This document shows, piece after piece, positions 1 through 18,800 of a stretch of 64,000 nucleotides of DNA. Each line of letters starts with the position of its first letter. Within the stretch, counting starts at the first letter, position 1. This DNA is from Paraspadella gotoi (Eukaryota; Animalia; Chaetognatha): positions 7,045,645 through 7,109,644 of the forward strand of contig CM119263.1 of the NCBI GenBank assembly GCA_051294375.1. Reading direction: 5' to 3'. The notes under the pieces were generated by a model. The model searched no databases. It was not told the DNA's origin and worked only from the letters and a program-made list of their open reading frames with translations. Both the position numbers and the translations under genes were made by a program.

Positions 1-61
1 ATATCTGAGTCGTTTTAACCATCCGATCTTTACCCACAATACCCATCCTCGGAAAACTCAC

Positions 62-246
62 GCGCAACTTCCAAAGAGGCGTTCCTGCTCCGAACTTCCC
101 CGTGTCGGTTCTTGGCCTTGCAGAAGTAAGTCCCAGTGTCGGCATTGGCCTCTTCCTTGGCCTTTTTGGCATGTTTGACGTGGAGGAAGAAGAGAGAACC
201 GTCGGGCATGATCATGCGGTGCGATTGGGGATCTTGGTCGGTGGTG
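62..246 (-). CDS. robo: Roundabout (Robo) receptor, exon encoding the C-terminal half of Ig1
   Basis: Acceptor gtcttccag, donor gtgagt, 185 nt (phase 2 to phase 1). Translation TTDQDPQSHRMIMPDGSLFFLHVKHAKKAKEEANADTGTYFCKAKNRHGEVRSRNASLEVA matches the Robo Ig1 signature (human ROBO1 DPRSHRMLLPSGSLFFL...GEAVSHNASLEVA). The gene continues beyond the left edge of the window. Confidence 0.92.
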
Positions 247-1228
247 CTGGAAGACGTGGGGTGAGAGAGGGGGTTTAGGGGGTTTATGGGGTGGGTGGAG
301 GGAAATTAAGGGTGGTTTAGTCAATCCTTAATTAAAGGTAACAGAATTTCACTTAATTTCGCTGCTTCTCAAAAATACATCCAATACGAATTATCCTTTC
401 TTGGTTAAAACTATTTCATTATATAGTCAATAGCTAATTCAGTAAAATATATTCCCAAACTGTAATTAGAAGAAGCCACAAGAGCCACAAGAACGGTGAC
501 ATACGGGTCATGAGCGTCATAAATTAATAATATACGGGTCACGAATCAATCCCGGCTCAAGGACGTGAAGAGAAAAAGAAGCAAATCGGGAAAAGAAGAA
601 AAAAGTGACACTGAGACGAAAATTCTCAATTGGCAAAACCTGGCAAAAACTGCCTACAACTGAGGTCATTGTGACTGTTTTTCAGTTCTGATTCACGGAT
701 GGAAAAATGCTTTGGATCACGATCACTTTAATAGTGTTTAAAGTCAACATACGTTTGAAACATCGGTAAAATTGTTACTGTAACGCACTGGAAGAGAAAA
801 CTGACATCAATATAATAAAAAGTGCACATCAAGTATATAACTTAAGGCGAAAAATCCCATTAACATCCAGGGGTTTCTTTCTTTCTCTCTCTCTCTCTCT
901 CTCTCTCTCCCTCGTCTGAGATCTCGTCCAAATGAAGATAGAGGATCTTGTTTTCCTCACATTCACAACCGCGTCGCGAGTCGCGAGTCGTGAACCAGGG
1001 ATCGGGAAAGGAAACGTGAATAAAAGGGAATAAAAACGACATGAAGATTATATAAAAATAGTAGTAGAATAATATTATAATGTTATAAATCGTGACATAC
1101 GACACCTTACGTATAAAAATGCTCCCTCTTTTCTTTTAAGTATGTTATTTATGAAGGCCGAATTCGATTTCTCGTTCTCTCTCTTCGTGGGAACAATTCC
1201 CCCCGCCTTCAGCGAAGCCCCAACAAAA

Positions 1229-1267
<39 letters not shown>

Positions 1268-1425
1268 ATTTTCTTAATTCGCCGAATCAGCGATTAAATA
1301 TAAATAACTATTAAGAGAAAGAAAAATTTTTAACTGGTTTCGCTCTGCTTGATAAAGTTGCTAAAAATAGTTTATTCGGAATGTTTGTGACTGGGTTTGC
1401 TTTTGTGCGGGTAAATGTGGGAGAA

Positions 1426-1494
<69 letters not shown>

Positions 1495-2364
1495 AGAGAG
1501 GAGTCCTGAGCCTGGCAAATGTCTTCAACCTTCAAAGGTTCTTTCTCTTTTTTTCCTACATCGGGTTAATTACGACTCAAGAAACGACGCACGGCTTCCA
1601 CCACGCCCATTTCTCCGCCGCGCCGGTTTTTTTCAAACCGGCGTCTTTTCCACACCGACGCCCATTTCTCTTAGGCGGCGCCGCGCGCCCGTTCCAGGAC
1701 GGCGCCCTTTTCACTCCGCGCCCATTTTATGAGTTAGTGCAACGCGGGGCGCAGATGGCAACCGGATCGAGTCTCTAAACCTCGAAGCGCTGAGGTCTTA
1801 AAACCCTCGCTGAGTTCTCGCGGCTACAAAGAGAGAGAGAGAGAAACACACACACATACACACAAAACAACGTTAACATTAACAGCATCAACAGCAACAA
1901 CAGCAAACAGTCGAAGCAGCAACGGAGAGACGATGTAAAGAGCCAATGTTGAGATCGAAGTGGTGATTTGATATAAATCTTTAATGTCCAATTTATTGTC
2001 AATTTTTAAGGTTCGTCCGCAAATCCTAATGAGAGGTTAGCGAACTTTGTCATTAGGCAAATCGACGAAGAATTTAAAACGTCTTTAATGATTTTGTTTC
2101 TCATTTTAATTGGTCAAGAACGTGAGAACAGTTCATAATTATTTTTTTAAATCCGCCTTTAAATTGTCATTCTAGTAAATTCATTAAAAAAACAATTGCG
2201 TTATCATTAGATATATCGGATATATCATTGAGCACTGCGCGCCTGGCTTAGGGTCATTGTCCTTCAACAGGTGATGACTGATTAGGTTTTCTTTGTCCCT
2301 TAATCAGTCCTTTCCTCCCCCCTTTCCCCCCCAGCTCCCCCCCCCCAAACTCCTCCAGACTTAC

Positions 2365-2518
2365 TTGACGACCTGATTATCCTTGAACCAGGTGATCGAA
2401 GGCTTCGGCTCGCCCGTCGCTTTGCAGTTGAGGGTCACCGGGTCGTTCTTCTTGATGAGGACGGAGTTGGGATGTTCGATGATGCGGGGGGACGTGAAGA
2501 CGCCCGTCGACGAAGGAT
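2365..2518 (-). CDS. robo: Roundabout (Robo) receptor, exon encoding the N-terminal half of Ig1
   Basis: Acceptor ctcaacag, donor gtaagt, 154 nt (phase 1 to phase 2). Translation [50 protein letters not shown] matches Robo PRIVEHP...TLNCKAEG.P.P.I.W.K. It splices in frame to 62-246 (AA+C = Asn). Confidence 0.92.
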
Positions 2519-2826
2519 CTGTTGAGGAGGAGGAGGAGGATGAAGAGGTGGAGGATGAGGAGGAGGGAAGGTGGAGGAAGAGGAAGAAGAAGAAGGGCAG
2601 GGGGAGAAGGGGAAAAAAGGGTAAGTAATTATTATTAATAATTAATTAATTAATTAATTATTATTAACCTTGAAATATTTTGTGTTTAGGGATTGTGGCC
2701 TTTGGTCACCGCGTTAGAAACCGAGGCTCATAAATCGATTTTCTTTGAAAAAAAAGCAATACATCATCAATGAATAAATGAATAAATAAACCCTATTCTT
2801 TGAAGTCATAGCTATTTCTGGTTCGC

Positions 2827-2906
<80 letters not shown>

Positions 2907-4006
2907 TCCATGGAATTCAAAGCCAAAAAGGCCCTCGGCTGCGAAGTTTCAAAAACTCCTCTTGAAAAACAGAACATAATTCCTATTTCTAAAATTTTCT
3001 TGGCTCTGGAGATAAACATAATTGCAAAAACTCGGCGGTGCCATGAGCGCTGTCTCTCCCTCTTCATTCTCCTCTCTCTCCGTTTCTCTCGCTTTCTCTC
3101 CCTATTTTTTTCCTTCTTTTTTTCCCTCTCTTCGGTTGGAATGAATTATTGCAAAGAAAGCATTTTTCTCCTCTCTCTCCTTCTCTCTTCTCTTTCTCTC
3201 TCTCTCTTCTCTCTGCTCTCTCTTACTCTGGTTTTTCTCTGTCTCTTCCACTCCCAGATTCTAGTTTTATTGCCTCTAACTTCTTTCCTCTCCTCTCTCT
3301 CTCTCTCTCTCTCATCTCTCTCTTTCTCTCTCATCCCTCTCGTCTCGTTCTCTTTTCTTCTCTTCTCTTTATTTTTCACCGAAAAACCTTTTCCATTAAT
3401 GCGTGAGAGGCGCAGATGCTACGAAGGATCCTCTCTGAGCAAGCAATAAGTCATGGTTGCGCAGATTCATAGAGAGAGAGAGAGAGAGAAGAACAAGAAG
3501 AAAGGAAAGAGTGAGAGAGGAGAGAGGAGCGAGACACTTACCTAAGTTAAAGGCCAAATAATAAGAACCGTTTTAAGCAATCTTCAGAAGCATAATTTTT
3601 GACAAAAGTTGTGCACTTACCGCAACGTCAATGCAGTTTGTTAATAGTTAGTTTTTCATTTTCATCAATTTTTTTAAAAAACCCTAATAAATGGTTAGTA
3701 ATACAATAACCATTAATGATCATTATCCTTTTTTCCATCATAGCGTTCTTGTATATATTTATCCTTGAGTTCGAGCGACCCTGCGAATCATTTTTCCTCG
3801 CGTTGCGATGCAGAGGCGATAATAAACTCGGGGAAGATGATAAATCCAACGCAAGAGAAAAAGATTGAAAGAATTGGGAAGAAAAAAAATGGGAAGATGA
3901 AAATAAAAAGAGATGAAAAAATTGAGAAAAAAATGAGAGGATGGATCTGTTACAAGAACAGTAATGGTCATGGATCACATTCACTCCTTTTTCTTCAAAA
4001 CCGAAA

Positions 4007-4100
<94 letters not shown>

Positions 4101-5135
4101 TCACAAAAGCTCCTCATGTAAATGATCATGATGGTTTAAGTGTTTTTTTTTTGTTACGAAAACAAAAAAAAGTCATTGTACAATATATTCTAGGGTGAAA
4201 GTTTTGTTGCTATATGAATTGCTAATTTATAACCATTCAGACATTCTGGCTACAGAAAAAAAGATCATTATTAATAAAGGATTCATTTCGTTTAAGCTAA
4301 TCTGTAGAAAAACGGCGGATATACTTTAACACTCTTTTGAGTTTAGATCCTTTTTCTTGATCCAATCCCCGAGAATATCCATTAACCAATTACCAATTTA
4401 TCCTTTCCTCTTCCTTTCTATTTTCATCCTCACCTATCTTACTTTACCTTTCTTCAGCTGTTTTTTTTTCCTCACACTAACTTTACTTTACAACCCATTT
4501 CCTCTCTTGCGACGGCCGGTGGAAAGTGTAAGGGGGGCTGAGATAGAGAAGTTTAGGATAACTGGGGTGGGAGGAGGCGATATTAAAGCGAGGGTCAGAC
4601 CCCAGCCAAATCGACGACAAAGATTTATTTTCATTCGAGACGACGAAAAATGTGGGAGCGTTGAAAGAGGGGGGAAAGTGGGGGGGACCGGAGGGTGAGA
4701 TTAAATGGAGGCGAAGAGAGGAATGGGTTGTAAAGTAAAGTTAGTGTGAGGAAAAAAAAAACAGCTGAAGAAAGGTAAAGTAAGATAGGTGAGGATGAAA
4801 ATAGAAAGAAGAGGAAAGGATAAATTGGGTAATTGGTTAATGGATATTCTCGGGATTGGATCAAGAAAAAGGATCTAAACTCAAAAGAGTGTTAAAGTAT
4901 ATCCGCCGTTTTTCTACAGATTAGCTTAACGAAATGAATCCTTTATTAATAATGATCTTTTTTTCTGTAGCCAGAATGTCTGAATGGTTATAAATTAGCA
5001 ATTCATATAGCAACAAAACTTTCACCCTAGAATTATATTGTACAATGACTTTTGTTTTTTCGTAACAAAAATAAAACACCTAAAACCATCATGATCATTT
5101 TACATGAGGAGCTTTTTGTGATTTTCTTCCTCTCT

Positions 5136-5204
<69 letters not shown>

Positions 5205-6375
5205 CATTTCGGGTTTTGAAGAAAAAAGGAGTGAATGTGATCTCATGACCATTACATGGTTCTTGTAACCAGAATCCATTCCTCTCATTTTTTTTCTCAA
5301 TTTTTCATCTCTTTTATTTTCATCTTCCCATTTTTTTCTTCCCATTCTTTCAATCTTTTTCTCTTGCGTTGGATTTTATCATTCTTCCCGAGTTTATTAA
5401 TCGCCTCTGCAAAATCGCAACGCGAGAAAATGATTCGCAGGCTCGCTTCGAAACTCAAGATAAATATATACAAAAGAACGCTATGATGGAAAAAAGGATA
5501 ATGATCCGATTATAGGTTATTGTATTACTAACCATTAGGGGTTTGTTTAAGAAAAATTGATGAAAATGAAAAACTAACTATTAACAAACTGTCATTGACG
5601 TTGCCGGTTAATGCACAACTTTTGTCAAATTAGCTTCATGAAGATTGTTAAAAACGGTTCTTATTATTTCTTTAACTTAGGTAAGCGTTCGCTTATCTCT
5701 CCTCTCTCTTCTTCTCATCTTCCTCTCTTCCTGTTCTCTCTCTCTCTCTCTCTCTCTATGAATCTGCGCCCCATGACTTATTGCTTGCTCTCAGAGAGGA
5801 TCCTTCGTAGCCATCTGCGCCTCTCACGGCATTAATGGAAAAGGTTTTCGGTAGAAAAAGTAGAGAAGAAAGGAGAGAGAGAACGGAGACGAGAGGGTAA
5901 GAGAGAAGAGAGAGAGATGAGAGAGAGAGACGAGTAGAGAGAGGAGAGGAAAGAAGGTTAGAGGCAATAAAACTAGAATCATGGAGATGTGCGAAGAGAC
6001 AGAAGAACAAACACAAGAGTAAGAGAAGAGAGAGAGAGAAGAGAGAGAGAGACAGAGAAGAGACGATTAGGAGAGAGAGAGGAAAAAATCTTTCTTGCAA
6101 TAATTCATTCCAACCGAAGAGATGGCGAAAAAAAGAGGAAAAAAATAGGGGAGAGAAAGGCGAGAGAAACGGGAGAGGAGAGGAGAATGAAGAGGGAGAG
6201 ACAGCGCTTCATGGCACCGCCCGAGTTTTTGCAATTATGTTTATCTCCAAGCCAAGAAAATTTTAGAAATAAGAATTATGTTCTGTTTTTCAAGGAGTTT
6301 TTGAAACTTGCAGCCGAGGGCCTTTTCTGGCTTTGAATTCCATGGACCTCTCTCTCTCTTCTCTCTCTCTCTCCT

Positions 6376-6430
<55 letters not shown>

Positions 6431-6740
6431 ACCTAGAAAAGCTTATGACTTCAAAGAATAGGGTTTATTTATTCATTTATTCAATTGATATGTATTTGCC
6501 TTTTTTTCAAAGAAAATCGATTTATGAGCCTCGGTTTTTAACGCGGTGACCAAAGGCCACAATCCCTAAACACAAAATATTTCTCAAGGTTAATAATAAT
6601 TAATTAATTAAATTAATTATTAATAATAATTTACTTACCCTTTTTTCCCTTCTCCCCCTTGCCTTCTTCTTCTTCCTCTCCTCCACCTTTCCCTCCTCCT
6701 CATCCTCCACCTTTCATCCTCCTCCTCCTCTCCTCAACAG

Positions 6741-6900
6741 ATCCTTCGTTCGACGGCGTCTTCACGTCCCCCTCGCCATCATCGAACATCCCAACTCCGT
6801 CCTTATCAAGAAGAACGACCCGGGTGACCCTCATACTGCAAAGCGAGGGCGAGCCGAAGCCTTCGATCTTCCTGGTTCAAGGCATACATCAGGTCGTCAA
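6741..6900 (+). pseudogene. Frameshifted mirror copy of robo exon 2365-2518 (probably a read-error copy, not a true pseudogene)
   Basis: It has the same caacag/gtaagt boundaries, but several single-base indels break the frame. It lies in the right arm of inverted duplication 1. Confidence 0.8.
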
Positions 6901-7805
6901 GTAAGTTCTGGAGGAGTTTGGGTGGGAGCTGGGGGAAAGGGGGGAGGAAGGACTGATTAAGGCAGAACAAAGAAAACCTATCAGTCATTCACTGTTGAAG
7001 CGACAATGACCCTAAGCCAGGCGCGCAGTGCTCAATGATTATATCCGATATATCTAATGATAACGCGCAATTTTTTTTTTAATGAATTTACGTAGAATGA
7101 CAATTTAAAGGCGGAAATTTTAAAAAAATATTATGAACTGTTCTCACGTTCTTGACAATTAAAATTGAGAAACAAAATATTAAAGACGTTTTAAAATTCT
7201 TCGTCGGATTTGCCTAATGACAAAGTTCGCTAACCTTCATTAGGAATTTGCGCGACGAACCTTTAAAAAATTGACAAATAAATTGGACATTAAAGATTTA
7301 TTATCAAATCACCACTTCGATCTCAACATTTGGCTCTTTACATCGTCTCTCCGTTGCTGCTTCGATGTTTTGCTGTTGTTTGCTGGATGCTGTAATGTTA
7401 ACGTTGTTTTGTGTGGTATGTGTGTGTGTTTCTCTCTTCTCTCTCTCTTGAGCGCGAGTGAAACTTCAAGCGAGGTTTTTAAGAACCTCAGCGCTTCGAG
7501 GTTTAGAGACTCGATCCGGTTGCCATCTGCGCCCGCGTTGCACTAAACTTCATTAAAATGGCGCGGAGTGAAAACGGCGCCGGTCCTGGACGGGCGCGCG
7601 CGCCGCCTAAGAGAATATGGGTCGGTGTGAGAAAAGACGCCGGTTTGAAAAAAAAAAACCGGCGCCGGCGGAGAAATGAGCGTGGTGGAAGCCGTTGCGT
7701 CGTTTCTTGAGTCGTAATTAACCGATCGGTTAGGAAAAAAGAGAAGAACCTTGAAGCGTTGAAGACATTTGCCAGGGCTTCGAGGACCTCCTCTCCTCTC
7801 TCTCT

Positions 7806-7859
<54 letters not shown>

Positions 7860-8001
7860 CCACATTTACCCGCACAAAAGCAACAGTCCAACATTCGAAT
7901 ATATTTAGCAACTTTATCAAGCAGAGCGAAACCAGTTAAAAATTTTTCTTTCTCTATAATTAGTTATTTATATTTAATCGCTGATTCGGCTATTAAGAAA
8001 A

Positions 8002-8044
<43 letters not shown>

Positions 8045-9049
8045 ATTTTTGTTCGGGGCTTCGCTGAAGGCGGGGGAATTGTTCCCACGAGAGAAGGAGA
8101 CGAGGATAATCGAATTCCGGCCCTCATTACTACTTAGAAAGAGGCAGCATTTTTATACGTCAGGTAGTCGTATGTCACGATTATAACATTATAATATTAT
8201 TCTTACTACTATTTTATATAATCTTCATGTCACGTTTTTAATTTCGCCTTTTTACTTCACGTTTCCTTTCCATCCTGGTTCACCGACTCGCGACTCGCGA
8301 TCGCGGTTGTGGCAATGTGAGAAACAAGATTCCTCTATCTTATTTGGACGAGATCTCAGACGAGGAGAGAGAGAGAGAAGAGAGAGAGAAAGAAAGAAAC
8401 CCTGGATGTTAATGGGATTTTTTCGCCTTACAGTTTATACTTGATGTGCCTTTTTATCCCTCTATTGATGTCAGTTTTCCTTCCAGTGCGTTTCAGTAAC
8501 AATTTTACCGATGGTTTCAAACGTATGTTGGACTTTAAAACAACTATTAAAGTGATCGCTGCCCATCCAAGCACTTTTTCCATCCGTGAATCAGAACCAA
8601 TGAAAACAGTCACAATGACCTCCAGTTGTATGGCAGTTTTTTGCCAGGTTTTGCCAATTGAGAATTTCGTCTCAGTGTCCTTTTTTCATTCTTTTCGATT
8701 TGCTTCTTTTTCTCTTCACAGTCCTTGAGCCGGGATTGATTCGTGACCCTATCATTATTAATTATATGACGCTCATCGAACCCGTATGTCAACCAGTTTC
8801 TGTGCTCTTGTGCGCTTCTTCTAATTACAGTTTTGGAATATATTCTTTACGTTAATTAGCTATTGAACTTACAATGAAATAGTTTTAACCCAAGAAAGGA
8901 TAATTCGTATTGATGTATTTTTTGAGAAGCAGCGATATTTAAGTTGAATTCTTGTTACCTTTAATTAAGGATTGACTAAACCACCCTTTAATTCCCTCCA
9001 CCCACCCCATAAACCCCCATAAACCCCCTCTCTCACCCCCGTCTTCCAG

Positions 9050-9235
9050 CACCACCGACCAAGATCCACCAATCGCACCGCCATGATCATGCCGACGGTT
9101 CTCTTCTTCTTCCTCCACGTCAAAACATGCCAAAAAGGACAAGAAGAGGCCAATGCCGACACTGGGACTTACTTCTGCAGCCAAGAACCGACACGGGGAA
9201 GTCGGGAGCAGGAACGCCTCTTTGGAAGTTGGCGC
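9050..9235 (+). pseudogene. Frameshifted mirror copy of robo exon 62-246 (probably a read-error copy)
   Basis: It begins gtcttccag|caccaccgaccaagat and carries multiple indels. The donor is corrupted to gctgagt. Confidence 0.8.
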
Positions 9236-9317
9236 GCTGAGTTTTCCGAGGATGGGTAATTGTCGGGTAAAGATCGGATGATTCTCTCTCTTNNNNNNNN
9301 NNNNNNNNNNNNNNNNN

Positions 9318-15826
<6,509 letters not shown>

Positions 15827-18800
15827 CGACGGCGGTGGAAATGTAAGGGGAGCTGAATAGAGAAGTTTAGGATAACTGGGGATGGACGGGAGGCGATATT
15901 AAAGCGAGGGTCAGAACCCCAGCCAAATCGACGACAAGATTTATTGTTCATTCGAGAGACGAAACTGTGGAGTCGTTGAAAAGAAGAGGGGGGAAGTGGG
16001 GGGACCAGGGGGTGAGATAATGGAGGCGAAGAGAGGAATGGGTTGTTAAAGTAAAGTTAGTGTAGGAAAAAAAAACAGCTGAAGAAAGGTAAAGTAAGAT
16101 GGTGAGGATGAAAATAGAAAGGTAAGAGGAAAGTGATAATGTAATTGGTTAATGGATCATTCTCGCGGGATTGCATCAAGAAAAAGGATCTAAACTCAAA
16201 AGAAGTGTTAAAGTATATCCGCCGTTTTTCTACAGATTTAGCTAACGAAGATGAATCCTTATTAATAATGATCTTTTTTTCTGTAAGCCAGAATGTCTGA
16301 TGGTTATAAATTAAGCTAAATTCATGATGGCTAAACAAGCAACTTTACGCCACTACAGAGTATAATTCGTACAATGACATCTTTTTTCTGGATTGCTTGA
16401 ACACAAAAAAAAGAACACTAAACCAAAACATGATCATTATACATGAGGAGGCTTCTGAGAGAAGGATCATATCAATCTTGCGTAACTCGCTACTGCTCGT
16501 CTTTCCACAGAGAGGAATTCATATCAAATTCTCTCTCTAGGTCTCTCTTCATCGTTCCACCCTCTCTAATATATTAAATGTCGAAATCTCCATGTTGCTT
16601 GAAAGAAAAAGGAGTGAGATGAGATGAATATGAGAGCCAAGAAAATGTTATACTCTTGTAGCGGCACAAAGATGTCCGATAGTGCTCACAACTGATAGTC
16701 GCTAAATTCTCACACAGCTAATAATACGAGATATCCTTCCTCTAGTTTATGTGTCTGATCTGCCTATGCTATCTAACTCGAAAATATAGATTCTAAAATC
16801 TTACATGATTGCTCTTGGTCTTGAGATATGTATCCATTTCAATCAGTCTTCATCCTCAGCAATCGGCCCCAGAGAGTTTAATTATCCCACTCTGATTCCT
16901 GAGCAACAGCACGCGCCGAGAGACAACATGATTGCGGGCGTCGCCTCGACATCCAAGGATATATATAAAAGCCGGCTATGGGAAAAGGATATAATGAAAT
17001 TTATGGTTATTGTATTACTAACCATAGGGTTTTTAAAACACTTGATGAAAATGAAAAACTAACTATTACAAACTGGTATTAGACTGTTGCGGTAATTTGC
17101 CACAAACACTATGTCAAATCTACGTTCTGAAGACGTATAAACAGCGATAATTATATAATATATTCTATTAGGTAAAGTTGGTGTCTCTCTCTTAATTCTC
17201 ATATTATCTTCCATCTCTCTCTCCATCACTTCACGAAATATCTTCTCTCTCTATATATCGAAAATAATACTTTCTCTTCCTAATAAATCTCTTCATAAAC
17301 TATAGCAAAATAAGAGTAATCAAATTGGCTCAGAGATCATTAGTAGCAATCTGCGCCTCTAGCATAGTATAATATTAAAAGAGAGGTAGAGAAAGAGAGA
17401 GAGAGGGGAGAACGTAGGAGAGAGAGAGAAAGAGAGAGAGAAGAGAGGAGAAGAGAGAGAAGAGAGGAGAGAAGGAAAAGAAGTTAGAGGCAAATGCATG
17501 AGACAAATGAACAGAAAACACACACAGTAAGGAGAAGATAGGAGACTGAGACAGAGAGAGCTAGGAATGAGATACCGAGAAGGAAGGAGAAGAGAAGTAC
17601 AGAAAAATGACTTCATTATCCTTGGGTTTGCAATATAAATACTTTCGTTCCTTCAATGCAGAACCAGAAGAGAGGGGAGGAAAAAAAATAATGAGACACA
17701 AGAAGCTATACATAGGTACAGAATAGAAAAGCGAAGACACGGTAAGATGACGGGAAACGGGGCAGATGAAGAGGGATAAGTCAAGCGACATGAGTCGGAC
17801 AAAAGCCCCCCGCGGACATAGGGCGGTTCAATAACCGCGCGCCACTCCGTGTGAGTTGAGGATTTAATCAGAGCCCAGAACATGCGTATTTGAGAGAATA
17901 ATGACAACTGTTGTCTTGGTTGTCAATCATTCTCCGAGAGACAGGTCAGTTCTCCGACTGTTAGAAATACCCATTGCCCACGAAAGGCGATTATTTGGGA
18001 TCTTAGGCAATTTCGCAATGAGATCACCTACTCCATTCCTATCGAAATCTACTCTCTCTCTCTATTCTCTCTCCTCTCTCTTCATGGCATCCTCTCGTCA
18101 CTCTCTCTCATCTCTCTCTCTCTTACTTCCGCCCTTTCAACAGATTCGTGTCGTAACCGCAACAGAAACATTTTAGCTGAAAGAAAAAGGAAATAAGGGT
18201 TTCACCTTTATTGCGAGATCTTAATTTCATATAAGCATGATGTATTTAGCCTTTCTTTTCAAAAGAAAAATCGATTTATGAGCCCTCGGTTTCTCTCGCC
18301 ACCGTGACCAAAAGCAGGCCACAGATTACTCTACAAACAAAAGATTACTTCAAGGTTATAATAATTAAATAATTAATATCAATTATTATAAGGTGTAGGA
18401 ATGGTATACTACCAACTAGGACTAGACCCAACTAGTTTTTTCACCCCTTCTCACCTCGATATCTTCTCCACCTCTACCTCTCTCCTCTGCTCACACCTTT
18501 CACACGCGTTCGACTACGGAAGCATCCAGATCAAAATCCTGCCCAATCCTTCACAGGGAAGCCCTTCACGCCTACGTTTCACAAAGTGACTAGACCAAGA
18601 CTCCTCGTTCGCGTCACCGATCGGGCCGTCTCTACGGTCCCGCCCTTCAGGATTGAACAATCGAAAACGATCAATGTGACCGCCCCTCCATTCCCGACGT
18701 CCCCAATCAAGAGAACTATGACTTCCCCGGTGCCTCTTAACCCCCAGCCAAGAAGCCGGACGGGAGCTTGCGAAGTGCTATGGATTCTCCTGAGGTTGGT

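Larger units (their letters stand above)
20..9280. repeat. Inverted duplication 1: arms 20-4508 and 4714-9280, 205-nt spacer; probable assembly artefact
   Basis: The right arm is the reverse complement of the left arm along its whole length, with many 1-2 nt indels. It ends at the 25-N gap 9293-9317. Confidence 0.95.

Noticed and set aside
4714-9280. A real head-to-head robo duplication or palindromic amplicon
   Set aside because: The differences are indel-dominated and hit exons as often as introns. The arm ends at a gap, and a third copy shows the collinear junction.
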